Shown here in pieces: positions 20,089-30,239 of a stretch of DNA of 64,000 bases (its first letter is position 1; the number at the start of each line of letters is the position of its first letter). The translations under genes were made by a program, and so were the position numbers. The notes below the pieces were generated by a model, which did no database searches, was not told the origin of the DNA, and saw only the letters and a list, made by a program, of their open reading frames with translations. Source of the stretch: an archaeon GW2011_AR18 (GTDB taxonomy: Archaea; Nanobdellota; Nanobdellia; SCGC-AAA011-G17; GW2011-AR18); contig JWKX01000001.1 of the NCBI GenBank assembly GCA_000806155.1, forward strand, positions 739 to 64,738, written 5' to 3'.

Positions 20089-20334
20089 ATGAGTTCTAAG
20101 GGACAGATAGTTATACCTAGTAGTATGCGTAAAGATTTTGAAGAGGGAGAAAAGTTTATTATAATAAAGAAAGATAAGAAGTTTATTCTTAAAGAACTTA
20201 AATCGTTAAGCAAGACTTTAGAGGAAGACTTAATTTTTGCTAAAAGAACTGAAGAAGCTTTAGAAAGACATTCTAAGGGACAGTTTAAATCAAGCACTAA
20301 AGAAGATTTTTTGAAAGAACTTGACAAATGGTAG
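20089..20334 (+). CDS. SpoVT/AbrB-family antitoxin
   Basis: MSSKGQIVIPSSMRKDFEEGEKFII is a swapped-hairpin DNA-binding domain. Overlaps the downstream RelE-like gene by 7 nt. Confidence 0.7.
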   Translation: MSSKGQIVIPSSMRKDFEEGEKFIIIKKDKKFILKELKSLSKTLEEDLIFAKRTEEALERHSKGQFKSSTKEDFLKELDKW

Positions 20335-20579
20335 TTGAACATATAGATAGAGATATTCATTTCGAGAAATTATTCCAAAAATTAGATGGTTCAATTAAAG
20401 ATAAAGTGAAGAAGCAGATAATAAAGATTATTGAAAATCCAGAAATTGGAAAACCAATGAGGTATACAAGAAAAGGAACTAGAGAGGTGTATGTTAAACC
20501 TTATAGATTATCATATCTTTATTTAGAAGAGGAAAATAAGATAATATTCCTAGATTTATACCATAAGGATGAACAATAG
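20328..20579 (+). CDS. RelE/ParE family toxin
   Basis: 83 aa. GKPMRYTRKGTREVYVKPYRLSYLYLEEENKIIFLDLYHKDEQ is typical of the RelE/YoeB fold C-terminus. Confidence 0.75.
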   Translation: MVVEHIDRDIHFEKLFQKLDGSIKDKVKKQIIKIIENPEIGKPMRYTRKGTREVYVKPYRLSYLYLEEENKIIFLDLYHKDEQ

Positions 20580-20591
20580 GTTTTTGTTTTT

Positions 20592-21794
20592 TTAGAAATT
20601 CTTTAATATCTTTTTAACTTCTTCTACAAATGTTTGTGCTTCCTCTTCTGTATTATACAGGTATAGTGATGCTCTTACGCTTCCATCTATTTTTCTTGAA
20701 TTATACCAGCTGTGCACACAATGTCTTCCGCTTCTTGTTAATATGTTCTTTGAACTATCTAATATGTTTGCTATATCATGATTATTCATTCCTTTTATAT
20801 TGAATGAGTATATTGAACTTCTTTTCTCAGCTTCTTTTGGTCCTATCAGTTCTATTTTATCACTATCTAATCCTTCTGTTATTATCTTATTTAATTTTAT
20901 CTCATGTTTTTCTATTTTTTCTAATCCTATTTTTTTCAAGTATATTATTGCCTCTCCTAATCCTATTATTCCTGCATAATCCTGCAATCCTGCTTCATAT
21001 TTCATTGGTAATTCTTCTATTGTATATGAATCATATGTTGAATCAGTAACTGTGCTTCCACCTACATTATATTGTTCATTTTCTTCTAATAATTCTTTTT
21101 TTCCGTATAATATTCCTGTTCCTGTTGGTCCTAGCATTTTATGTCCTGAAAATAATAAATAATCTATATCTAAGTCTTTTACATCTATCTCTTTTGATGG
21201 AGCTAGTTGTGCTGCATCTGCTATTATTTTTATATTTTTTTTATGCAGTATTTTTGTTATCTCTTTTATTGGGTTTGTAACTCCATCTATGTTTGATCTA
21301 TACACTATTGATGCTATTTTTGTTTTTTCTGTTATTGAATCTTCTAAATTCTCTATATTGAATGTATTATCAGGATTTGTTTTTATTATCTTTAATTTTA
21401 TTCCTTGTTTTCTTAATTTTAGCCATGGTATCAGGTTTGAATTATGTTCTTTGTCTGTTATTAATACCTCATCCTCTTTTTTTAGCCCTATTGTATCTGC
21501 TAAGAGATTTATTCCCTCTGTTGTATTTCTTGTGAATATTATCTCTTCCTGTTTTTTTGCATTTATGAATTTTTTAACTTCCTCTCTTGTCTTATTTACT
21601 TCAGTTATGACTCTTTCTGCTAGTTGATGTGAACTTCTTCCAGAACATGCTGTATACTCTTTATAATACTCATTTATTTTTTCTATTACCTGCACTGGCT
21701 TTAATGACATGCATGCACTGTCTAGATATATTATTTTATTATTTAATATTGGAAAATCTTTTCTTATCTTGTTTACATCATATCCTAGTATCAT
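20592..21794 (-). CDS. sufS: cysteine desulfurase (SufS/CsdA-like, class V aminotransferase)
   Basis: FSGHKMLGPTGTGILYG PLP lysine motif, RSGRHC near the C-terminus. 400 aa. Confidence 0.85.
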   Translation of the reverse strand: MILGYDVNKIRKDFPILNNKIIYLDSACMSLKPVQVIEKINEYYKEYTACSGRSSHQLAERVITEVNKTREEVKKFINAKKQEEIIFTRNTTEGINLLADTIGLKKEDEVLITDKEHNSNLIPWLKLRKQGIKLKIIKTNPDNTFNIENLEDSITEKTKIASIVYRSNIDGVTNPIKEITKILHKKNIKIIADAAQLAPSKEIDVKDLDIDYLLFSGHKMLGPTGTGILYGKKELLEENEQYNVGGSTVTDSTYDSYTIEELPMKYEAGLQDYAGIIGLGEAIIYLKKIGLEKIEKHEIKLNKIITEGLDSDKIELIGPKEAEKRSSIYSFNIKGMNNHDIANILDSSKNILTRSGRHCVHSWYNSRKIDGSVRASLYLYNTEEEAQTFVEEVKKILKNF

Positions 21795-22705
21795 TTAAGT
21801 TCCTCATCTATTATATTCTTGAATGTCCTATATGGTTTTGGTCCCACTATTACTTTGTCATTTATGAAGAATGTCGGTGTCCCTCTTACTCCTGCTTTTA
21901 ATCCTATCTCATTATCTTTATCTGTCTCATTTTTATATTTCTTTGTTTCTAGGCATGTATTATATTGTTCAGTATCTATTCCTAATAATAATGGTATTTC
22001 ATCAAAGAATTTTTCAGTCTGGTTTTCTTGTTGTTCAAATACTAGTTCATGATATTTTTCATATGCATTTTGTTCTAGTACGCAGTTTGACGCTAATGCT
22101 CCTATTATACTATAATTATGATGTGGTATATAGAATGTCTTGAACTGTAAGTTTACTCTTCCTTTATAATTTTCTAATACTTGTTTTACTGTCTCTTCTG
22201 CTTTTTTTGTATATGGGCATGAATAACATCCGAATTCTATTATTGTTAATTCAGCATTTTTATCTCCAATTATTGGATCATCTTCCTCTATTGTTGGTAA
22301 TATAATATCTTTCTGTGTCTTAGTATCTATCTCTGATGTCTTGCTGTTTGCTCCTGTTGGGTCTAGCATGCAGAATCCTGTGTTTTCTGGCCCGTTGCAG
22401 TTTCCATATTCTATATAATTATATATTCCTATTCCTGTATAATATAGACTTGCTAAAAATAATAATAGTATTATGAATGAGAATATTTTATAATTATTAT
22501 AGAAAAATGAAGCTGTTCTTGGTGATTTCTTCATCACTTTTCCTGTTATTGTAGATTTTATTCTCTCATCCAATCCTGATTGACATTTTCTTAATGTTGC
22601 TGTCTTGAATAAGCATTCTAATGAATCTTTTGTTAATTTTCTGTACTTGACACTGAATATGCTTAATATTGCGAATATTGGTAAAGCTAGTATACATAAT
22701 ACCAT
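21791..22705 (-). CDS. membrane-anchored thioredoxin-fold thiol-disulfide oxidoreductase (DsbA-like)
   Basis: Two N-terminal TM helices, then a DsbA-like domain with CYSC (CxxC) and cis-Pro GVRGTPTFFIN. Confidence 0.6.
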   Translation of the reverse strand: MVLCILALPIFAILSIFSVKYRKLTKDSLECLFKTATLRKCQSGLDERIKSTITGKVMKKSPRTASFFYNNYKIFSFIILLLFLASLYYTGIGIYNYIEYGNCNGPENTGFCMLDPTGANSKTSEIDTKTQKDIILPTIEEDDPIIGDKNAELTIIEFGCYSCPYTKKAEETVKQVLENYKGRVNLQFKTFYIPHHNYSIIGALASNCVLEQNAYEKYHELVFEQQENQTEKFFDEIPLLLGIDTEQYNTCLETKKYKNETDKDNEIGLKAGVRGTPTFFINDKVIVGPKPYRTFKNIIDEELK

Positions 22706-22788
22706 GATTTCGCAGTGTATAACACATTAATAACTATTCCTAATCTGTTTTTAATAAAGTTTATATTGTAATAATAAATTAAAATAAT

Positions 22789-23676
22789 ATGGGTTTATTG
22801 GATTTTATTAGGTCTGATGAGGTTTTGGCTGAGAATGTTCAGTTAGATGATAAAAAAATAGTTTCTATTTGGAATAATTATCTTAGGACTTTTGAAGAGA
22901 AAGGAAAAGTAATTTTTGCTATAAGAGAAGATAACATGTCTCAGTCTATTATAAAATTAAGAGTATTGTTAGATACAGAATTGATTGATATTTCACAATC
23001 AGGAGATTTAGAAGAAGATATTATTGAAGATTTAAAAAATTTAGAACATTCTGAAAATATTAAAAGAATTCATAAATTACAACGTTGTCTTGGTTATGCT
23101 GAAACAACTTATGAATATGTTCATGCTTTAATGAAAAAATTGTATTCTATTATTATTCTTGAAGTAAGATGTGCTAATAAAGAAAATTTTAATATTAGTG
23201 ATGTAGATGAATTGAAAAATCTTTATGATCTTGAATTGGAAGTTGTTAATAAGACAGAAAATTTAGACCAGACAAAGAATAGAGAATCTTTTCAGGAAGT
23301 ATTCATATCTTTAGTCATTGGTGAAAGAATTATTAAGAGAATGAATAAGACTGAAAAAAGACTGATGAGAAGTATGAAAAGAGTTATGGATAAAGTTTTC
23401 TCAACAGATGAAGATGAACAAATTAGTGAAGGTTTAATTCATGATTGGGTTGCTGATGTAGTTAATGCAATAGATGATAAAATAGGTGAGGGGATAGCTG
23501 ATCTTTTATTTAGTGGTGATAATGAAGATATTAATCTTGAATTTGTGAATAAGCCTCAGTTTGTTGATTTAGTAAGAGAAAAAAGAAGAGCTTTGACTCA
23601 AGATAGAATTTCTGAAGAGAGTATTAATGTTTTTGTTCATCTTTTTAGGGAATGGTATAATCATAATGACAAATAG
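22789..23676 (+). CDS. hypothetical protein
   Basis: 295 aa, acidic, with no recognisable motif. Confidence 0.4.
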   Translation: MGLLDFIRSDEVLAENVQLDDKKIVSIWNNYLRTFEEKGKVIFAIREDNMSQSIIKLRVLLDTELIDISQSGDLEEDIIEDLKNLEHSENIKRIHKLQRCLGYAETTYEYVHALMKKLYSIIILEVRCANKENFNISDVDELKNLYDLELEVVNKTENLDQTKNRESFQEVFISLVIGERIIKRMNKTEKRLMRSMKRVMDKVFSTDEDEQISEGLIHDWVADVVNAIDDKIGEGIADLLFSGDNEDINLEFVNKPQFVDLVREKRRALTQDRISEESINVFVHLFREWYNHNDK

Positions 23677-23706
23677 TTTTATATAATAGTTTTCAAGGAT
23701 TAGTTT

Positions 23707-24246
23707 ATGCCTTACGGTTTTACTCACATGGTTTTTTCTTGGCTTCTTGCTAAGCTTTTCTCTTATTTTAAAAAGATTAAGTTCTCTTCTTGGCAGTGGT
23801 TTGCTCTTATTTTTGGTTCTATTTTTCCTGATATTGATTTTGTTGTCCAATGGACTTTTCATTTGAGAATTCATAAGGTTTTTACTCATAGTCTTGTAAT
23901 GATTGTTTCTGGTTTTATTCTAGCCTGTATTGGGTTATTTATTATAAAAAAGATCTTCAATCAGAAATTCAGGATTTATCATGTTGCCTTGTTCTTCTCT
24001 CTTGGTATTATAAGTCATATTTTCCTTGACATGGCTTCTGGTTGGCCTGGTGTTGGTTTATTATGGCCTTACAAGACTGTATGGGTTTATTTTTTCGGTA
24101 TTGTTCATGGATATAATCCTTATTTATTAAGTGAAAAAACTATTGAAGATGTTATCAGGACTCTTAAATGGGCTATTTTTGATATTGGTCTTGGTGCTTT
24201 ATGGATCTTCTATCTTATGTATTCTAAGAAACTTAAAGAACTTTAA
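23707..24246 (+). CDS. membrane-bound metal-dependent hydrolase (YdjM/DUF457 family)
   Basis: HMVFSW ... GSIFPDIDF ... HRIHKVFTHSL ... ISHIFLD pattern of the YdjM family. Four TM helices. Confidence 0.55.
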   Translation: MPYGFTHMVFSWLLAKLFSYFKKIKFSSWQWFALIFGSIFPDIDFVVQWTFHLRIHKVFTHSLVMIVSGFILACIGLFIIKKIFNQKFRIYHVALFFSLGIISHIFLDMASGWPGVGLLWPYKTVWVYFFGIVHGYNPYLLSEKTIEDVIRTLKWAIFDIGLGALWIFYLMYSKKLKEL

Positions 24247-25131
24247 TTTTATTTTAGTTATAAGACTCATTTTTTTATTTAGTATTATTCCTCTGCAGCT
24301 TTTTGAACATGTACCTTCCCAAGTATTATCACATTCATTACAGCATATGAATAGTTTATCGCATTTCATATTTGCACAATTGATATATCTTCCGCATGGT
24401 ATATGACAAAATTCACATAATGCTATATCTTCTGTTTTATCCCCGCTAGGAACTGATAACCTATTATCGAATACAAAGCATCTTCCCTCAAAATATGTAT
24501 CTGGATATTGTTCTATATAATTTAATATTCCGTCTTTTAGATGATAGACTTTTTTATATCCTTGTTCTTTCATGTATGCTGAAGCCTTTTCACACCTTAT
24601 CCCTCCTGTGCAGTACATCACTATTTTTTTATCTTTATGTTTTGATAATTTTTTTGCTACTTTTCTAAAGTCTCTGAATACCTCTAGTTTTGGTGTTATT
24701 GCATTATGGAATTTTCCTATCTTGCTCTCATAATCATTTCTCGCATCTAATATTATGAAATCCTCTTTTTTGTCATATAATTCTTTTAATTCTTTTGGGG
24801 TGATTCTCTCTCCTACATTTTTCATATCTACATTCAGTCCTGATGTTACTATCTCTTTTCTTATTCTAACTATTGTTTTCTTGAATGGATGTTCATCTGT
24901 TATTGTTCTTTTATATGTCATTCCAGAAAATAGTTTATTATTTAATAGGTGTTTCTCATATTTGTCTATATGCTCTTTTGTTCCTGATACTGTCCCGTTT
25001 ATTCCCTCTCTAGCCACTAATACTTTCCCTTTTATTCCTAATTCATTGCAATAGTTCTGATGTTCTCTCTGAAAAGCTTCTGGATTTTCTATTTCTGTAT
25101 ATTTATAGAATGATGATACCACTATTTTCAT
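24199..25131 (-). CDS. rhodanese-domain protein of UPF0176/TrhO (YceA) family with C-terminal Cys-rich tail
   Basis: MKIVVSSFYKY ... LVAREGINGTVSG N-terminus and rhodanese CTGGIRCEKA active-site loop. The C-terminus has multiple CxxC pairs. Confidence 0.75.
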   Translation of the reverse strand: MKIVVSSFYKYTEIENPEAFQREHQNYCNELGIKGKVLVAREGINGTVSGTKEHIDKYEKHLLNNKLFSGMTYKRTITDEHPFKKTIVRIRKEIVTSGLNVDMKNVGERITPKELKELYDKKEDFIILDARNDYESKIGKFHNAITPKLEVFRDFRKVAKKLSKHKDKKIVMYCTGGIRCEKASAYMKEQGYKKVYHLKDGILNYIEQYPDTYFEGRCFVFDNRLSVPSGDKTEDIALCEFCHIPCGRYINCANMKCDKLFICCNECDNTWEGTCSKSCRGIILNKKMSLITKIKLKFFKFLRIHKIEDP

Positions 25132-25209
25132 ATCTATGTTGTAATGATAATTTTTATAAAGATTTTCATTAATTAGAATTTAAACAAAAAAGTATTTAAA
25201 CCACTATAA

Positions 25210-28095
25210 GTGATATCATTGAAAATGAAAAAGGGTTTGATATTATTAGTTTTAATTTCTTTACTAGTTATGTCTATTGTTGAAGCAAAAAACAGCGCAA
25301 AGATTAATTATATATCACCTTCTGAGATTTACGAAGGAACTTCTCAGAATATAATAACTAATGTAGAAAATAAAAAGGGTGGTGTTTGTGATTCAAATTC
25401 TTCTATTAATTATATGAAATTTACACTTAAAGATTTATTAATTTCTGGTTATGTGAATAATTTCAATTCATGGGAGTATTTCATATCTGATGACAAGAAA
25501 AATATTGAATATTCTACTATATCTAGTGGCATTTCATGCGGTATTGATACTAATGAAGAGGTAAATTTTAGTGTTACAGCTCCTCTTGTTTCTTCAGATG
25601 AAAATTATGATATTGAACTTTTAGCTAAAGATTTAGTTGGTGATTCTAAGGATTCTCAGATAAAATTCAAGGTTCTTAACGATGATTTAGTTCCTAGATT
25701 ATTATCTGTCTCTCCTGTTAATTTTAGTATTGCTCCTAATAAGCTTATTAATTTAAATCTCCAGTTCCAAGAAGATGAATCCGGTTTTGTTAAATCAAGC
25801 CCTTTTATTGAATATAAAGATAGTGATAAAGTTACTTATTCTGGTGATACATCTAGATTAGTAGACTTAGAATGTAATGATTCTTTATCATGTTCTGGCT
25901 TATTAGACCTTAGTAATACTCTATTATCTAGTTTCATTGATTATAGATTGAAGAATGCTAGCGATGTTGCAGGTAATGTTCTTGATGATGGTACTAATTT
26001 CCCTTATCACATTTTTATTGATAATAGTAATCCCTCACTAAGTTTATCTTCTCCTGTTGATGATTTCAAGACTAATAAGAATATTTTATCTATTGATTTT
26101 ATTGCTTCTGATGATTCTTTTGCTGCACCTTCAGATTTCAGTCCTTCTTTAAGTTGTGATACTTATCTTGATTCCGATATATATTCAACAGATTCAAATG
26201 TTCTTAATAATTCAGATAATCCTTCAAATATTGATTTATCTAGTATTGTTGATGGTGTTCATTCATGGAATGTAATTTGTAGTGATAAAGCTGGTTATTC
26301 AACATCTTCTGAATCTAGATCATTCTCTGTTGATAGACAAGGACCTGGTATAACATTCCTTCTTGAGGATAATATGACTCTTTCAAATAATACTTTTGTT
26401 CCTTTCATTGTCACTGACTCTCTTAATGATGTAAGCCATGTCTGGTATTCTTACAATTCATCTAGCGGAGATTTTGATCTAGAACAATTATTTGGAATTT
26501 ATTTGATTCCTACAAACCTTAGTGATGGTTCATATTTGTTAAAGGCATATGCTAATGACTCTTTTAATAACATAAATTCATCTAGCATAAATATTATTAT
26601 AGATACAATCTCTCCAGTTATTGATTCTTTGACAGCTAATGGTTCTGTATCTAATAGTTCTGTATTATTGTCTTATGCTGCTTCTGATAATCATGCAAGT
26701 TCATTAGGTTGTGATTTCCGTATTGATAATGAGTTTGTTGATTCTAGTATTATAGATTCAGGTTCATCTAAGGATATTAGAAAGACATTGAGTGATGGTT
26801 TACATTCTTATAATGTTAAATGTCTGGATGAAGTAGGTAATATTATAGTTTCTGATACAAATTATATTAATGTTGATGATACTATGCCTGTTATTAATCT
26901 TTTATCACCTCTTGATTATTCAATAACAAACTCAAGTGATTATAATATTATATTCTCAGCATCTGATGCTTATGATATTAAATACTGTAAACTATATGTT
27001 GATGGTTTATCTGTAATGGAAAATTCTACTATAACAACTGGTAATACGACTTTCTCTAGAAATTGGAATGAAGGAAATTCATCTTGGAGTATAGGATGTG
27101 TTGATAATAATTATAATTCAGCAGTATCAGAAAGCAGGATTTTAACTGTTGATACATTACCTCCTGTAATATCTTTATTATCTCCTGATGTTGTTGAATT
27201 CCAGAAAGATAATATCTCAATAAGTTTTTCAGCTAGTGATATTAATAAAGAATCTCAGTTATATGAATTATTTGATAGTAATGATGAGTTTATTGCATTC
27301 TCTATAGTTGATGGAAATGCTTTATATGATAAGATGGTTCTTCCTAGGGGTAATTATGTATTGCATATGACATCTTTGGATAGGGCTGGTAATTCTGTAG
27401 AAGTTTTCAAGAACATGTCTGTAGTTGATAATACTATACCTCAGATATTGTCTTTCTCCCCATCTAAAGGATTTAAGTTTGGTTCTGGCACTCAGAATGT
27501 TGATATTAAAGTAAATACAGATGAAGAATCTTACTGCAGATTAAGTCAGTCATCTCTTGTATGGAATGATATGTCTGAAATGTCTAACTCAACACCTTTC
27601 AACCATTCATTTTCTTTAAGTGTATCTTCAGATTCTTCATATAATAGGTTGATATTATGTCAGGATCTTTACGGACATTTGGATTTTGATGAATCCCTTA
27701 ACCTGAGTTTCAGTGTTGATGCTGTTGCTCCAGGATCTCCAGGTGAAAGTACTGGTCGTGGTGGTACTAGGAGACAGGAAATTAATAATACTATAGTTGT
27801 ACAGCAGCAAACTCCTGTTAATACAAATGTTATTAGAAATATAGAACCAGTTACTGAAAAGCCAAGTGTTGTTGAAGAGTCTCAGAATCCATCATCTAGT
27901 GTTAGTGTTGAATCAGAGCCAGTTAATAATAAGCTTTCAGGCATTACTGGAACAGTTATTAAGGCTCTTGCTAATAAAAGAGCTGTTTATATTCCAGTAT
28001 TTTTAGGTGCTTTAGGTATATTATCTTATAGCGGTTTCCTTGGTGTCAGGCATTATTTGAGGATTAGGAAATTTAATAAAATGTTCAAGCTTTGA
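25210..28095 (+). CDS. large cell-surface protein with repeated Ig-like beta-sandwich modules and C-terminal TM anchor
   Basis: Signal peptide MISLKMKKGLILLVLISLLVMSIVEA, repetitive Ser/Asn/Asp-rich modules, then a Thr/Pro/Ser/Val linker and the C-terminal hydrophobic anchor AVYIPVFLGALGILSYSGFLGV. Confidence 0.6.
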   Translation: MISLKMKKGLILLVLISLLVMSIVEAKNSAKINYISPSEIYEGTSQNIITNVENKKGGVCDSNSSINYMKFTLKDLLISGYVNNFNSWEYFISDDKKNIEYSTISSGISCGIDTNEEVNFSVTAPLVSSDENYDIELLAKDLVGDSKDSQIKFKVLNDDLVPRLLSVSPVNFSIAPNKLINLNLQFQEDESGFVKSSPFIEYKDSDKVTYSGDTSRLVDLECNDSLSCSGLLDLSNTLLSSFIDYRLKNASDVAGNVLDDGTNFPYHIFIDNSNPSLSLSSPVDDFKTNKNILSIDFIASDDSFAAPSDFSPSLSCDTYLDSDIYSTDSNVLNNSDNPSNIDLSSIVDGVHSWNVICSDKAGYSTSSESRSFSVDRQGPGITFLLEDNMTLSNNTFVPFIVTDSLNDVSHVWYSYNSSSGDFDLEQLFGIYLIPTNLSDGSYLLKAYANDSFNNINSSSINIIIDTISPVIDSLTANGSVSNSSVLLSYAASDNHASSLGCDFRIDNEFVDSSIIDSGSSKDIRKTLSDGLHSYNVKCLDEVGNIIVSDTNYINVDDTMPVINLLSPLDYSITNSSDYNIIFSASDAYDIKYCKLYVDGLSVMENSTITTGNTTFSRNWNEGNSSWSIGCVDNNYNSAVSESRILTVDTLPPVISLLSPDVVEFQKDNISISFSASDINKESQLYELFDSNDEFIAFSIVDGNALYDKMVLPRGNYVLHMTSLDRAGNSVEVFKNMSVVDNTIPQILSFSPSKGFKFGSGTQNVDIKVNTDEESYCRLSQSSLVWNDMSEMSNSTPFNHSFSLSVSSDSSYNRLILCQDLYGHLDFDESLNLSFSVDAVAPGSPGESTGRGGTRRQEINNTIVVQQQTPVNTNVIRNIEPVTEKPSVVEESQNPSSSVSVESEPVNNKLSGITGTVIKALANKRAVYIPVFLGALGILSYSGFLGVRHYLRIRKFNKMFKL

Positions 28096-28101
28096 TTTTT
28101 T

Positions 28102-28629
28102 ATGGACAATAGGTTTAAGGTAATTAATGAATTAGAGAATGATAGGCAGGAACGTAATATCTCTCGTGATTCTATTGAGTTCATTTCTTTATTATGCAGG
28201 TCTATTAAACATTCTAATACCCTTGAGATTGGCACTTTTAATGGTTATTCTGCTTTATGGTTCTCTCTTTATTCTAAGAAAGTTGTTACTATCGAAGTTC
28301 ATTCTGTTTACGCAAACATGGCTAAGGAAAATTTTTGTAAGTCTGGTGCTGAGAATATTGAACTTATTCATGGCAATGCTATTGATGTATTGAAAGATCT
28401 TAAAGAGAAGTTCGATATTATCTTTATTGATGCTAAGAAATCAGAATACAAGGAATACTTAGAATTATCTCTTAACCTTTTATCTGATGATGGGATTATA
28501 TTTGTTGATAATACAATTTCTCATAAAGAGAGCATGTTAGATTTTTTTGAATATATTGAAAGAAGTAGTTTGTATCATCAGGAATTAGGTATTGGTAAGG
28601 GTTTGATGATTATTTCTAAGCTTCACTGA
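28102..28629 (+). CDS. class I SAM-dependent O-methyltransferase (family 3, caffeoyl-CoA OMT-like)
   Basis: LEIGTFNGYSALWF, GAENIELIHGNAIDVL, FDIIFIDAKKSEYKEY pattern of PF01596. Confidence 0.75.
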   Translation: MDNRFKVINELENDRQERNISRDSIEFISLLCRSIKHSNTLEIGTFNGYSALWFSLYSKKVVTIEVHSVYANMAKENFCKSGAENIELIHGNAIDVLKDLKEKFDIIFIDAKKSEYKEYLELSLNLLSDDGIIFVDNTISHKESMLDFFEYIERSSLYHQELGIGKGLMIISKLH

Positions 28630-29286
28630 TTATCTTGAATTTTTTATTCCTATTTTTTTACAATATTGATTTATTTTGCATTTAGTGCATAATGGAGAAT
28701 TTGATAAGCATATATTCTGTCCATATTTTACTAGTAAATCATTATATTCATACCAATATTTTTTGTCTAATTTTTTCATTAAAGTATCCATTGTCTCATC
28801 TGGTGTTTTTGTCTTTACTATTCCTAGTCTATTAGAGATTATGTGAACATGGCTGTCTGTGGGTATATAATCTCTTGATTTATATCCATAAACCATTGTT
28901 ATTGCCGCTGTTTTCTTTCCTACTCCTTTTAATTTTAATAATTCTTCAAAATTATTTGGCACTTTTCCATTATATTTATTGATTATATCTTCACATATGC
29001 TTATCAGATTTTTTGCTTTTATTCTATAGAATGCTACCGGATAGATTATTTTCTCTATTTCTTCTATTTCTAATTTTAATAATTTCTCTGCATTATCAGC
29101 TCTCTCAAATAATCTTTTAGCAGCTAATCCTGTTACTTGATCTCTTGTCCTTAGACTTAATACACATGATATTAATACTTTAAATGGATTATCTGTTATG
29201 TTTCCTATCTCTGTTACTATCGGATTTTCCCATTTTTTGCACTCTTCATTTAATATTTGCATTATATTATCTATGTTTTTTATCAT
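28630..29286 (-). CDS. nth: endonuclease III (HhH-GPD base-excision glycosylase with 4Fe-4S cluster)
   Basis: HhH-GPD region LKLKGVGKKTAAI and C-terminal CLSNSPLCTKCKINQYC (C-x6-C-x2-C-x5-C). Confidence 0.85.
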   Translation of the reverse strand: MIKNIDNIMQILNEECKKWENPIVTEIGNITDNPFKVLISCVLSLRTRDQVTGLAAKRLFERADNAEKLLKLEIEEIEKIIYPVAFYRIKAKNLISICEDIINKYNGKVPNNFEELLKLKGVGKKTAAITMVYGYKSRDYIPTDSHVHIISNRLGIVKTKTPDETMDTLMKKLDKKYWYEYNDLLVKYGQNICLSNSPLCTKCKINQYCKKIGIKNSR

Positions 29287-29386
29287 AAAATCTGTAAATT
29301 AACGTATGTTAATAAAAGTTCATGTTTTGATAACCTTTTTATATAAGCTTATCTATATATATAATGCTAAAAGTGATATTTAAACA

Positions 29387-29713
29387 ATGATGCCTAAACT
29401 TAATCCTAAACAACTAGAACAAGCTATGAAAAAACTAGGTGTTAAACAGGAACATATTGATGCTTATGAAGTGATAATTAAAACTAAGGAAAAAAACCTT
29501 ATTATTAGAAATCCTGAAGTTGTTAAAGTGAATATGATGGGTCAGGAAAATTTTCAGATCTCTGGTGATATTGAGGAAGAATCTAATATTACTGAAGATG
29601 ATGTTAATACAGTTGCTGAGCAGGCTAACGTCTCAAAAGATGTTGCTCGTAAAGCTTTAGAAGATAATGATGGTGATTTAGCTAAGACTATTTTAGATCT
29701 TAGTGAAAAATGA
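29387..29713 (+). CDS. nac: nascent polypeptide-associated complex protein (archaeal NAC alpha)
   Basis: MMPKLNPKQLEQAMKKLGV N-terminus, NAC domain and C-terminal UBA-like VSKDVARKALEDNDGDLAKTILDL. Confidence 0.85.
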   Translation: MMPKLNPKQLEQAMKKLGVKQEHIDAYEVIIKTKEKNLIIRNPEVVKVNMMGQENFQISGDIEEESNITEDDVNTVAEQANVSKDVARKALEDNDGDLAKTILDLSEK

Positions 29714-29773
29714 ATGGAGTAATGGGATTAATGCAAAAAATATCTGAATGTAATCTTTCTATAGTCAAAGGAG

Positions 29774-30235
29774 ATGGTTGATATGATGGAAGAAGAGATC
29801 GTAAGTCCAGAAGAGGAATTGAAGAGAGCAGATCATCTGATCTATGTCTCATTGAAGTATACTAGGACTTGCGATATCATGAAGAATGCTATGAAGAGAT
29901 TGATCAATGCTTTTGAAATGTCTATGTATGCTTATCTTGAAGATTTAAGGAAAGAGAAGAAAATAAAAGAAGTTCCTGGGACTATTAAGGAAAGAGCTAT
30001 TCTTGTTAAGAAATTAGTTGGCAATCCTGTTAACAAATATATGGCTCTTTATAATCTATTGAAGAAGATTGATAAGGCTGAATATTCTGCTAAGGAAGAG
30101 TTCAGGAAAAATGTTACATTGACAACTAAGAATACTCCTACACCTATTGAAGTTAAGGTTGTTAATCTCTATCAGTATTTAGAAATTACTAAAGAATTTG
30201 TTTCTTTTATGAGAGCTAAGAGTTTTAAGAGATGA
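29774..30235 (+). CDS. hypothetical protein
   Basis: 153 aa, Lys/Glu-rich. Confidence 0.4.
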   Translation: MVDMMEEEIVSPEEELKRADHLIYVSLKYTRTCDIMKNAMKRLINAFEMSMYAYLEDLRKEKKIKEVPGTIKERAILVKKLVGNPVNKYMALYNLLKKIDKAEYSAKEEFRKNVTLTTKNTPTPIEVKVVNLYQYLEITKEFVSFMRAKSFKR

Positions 30236-30239
30236 TTAT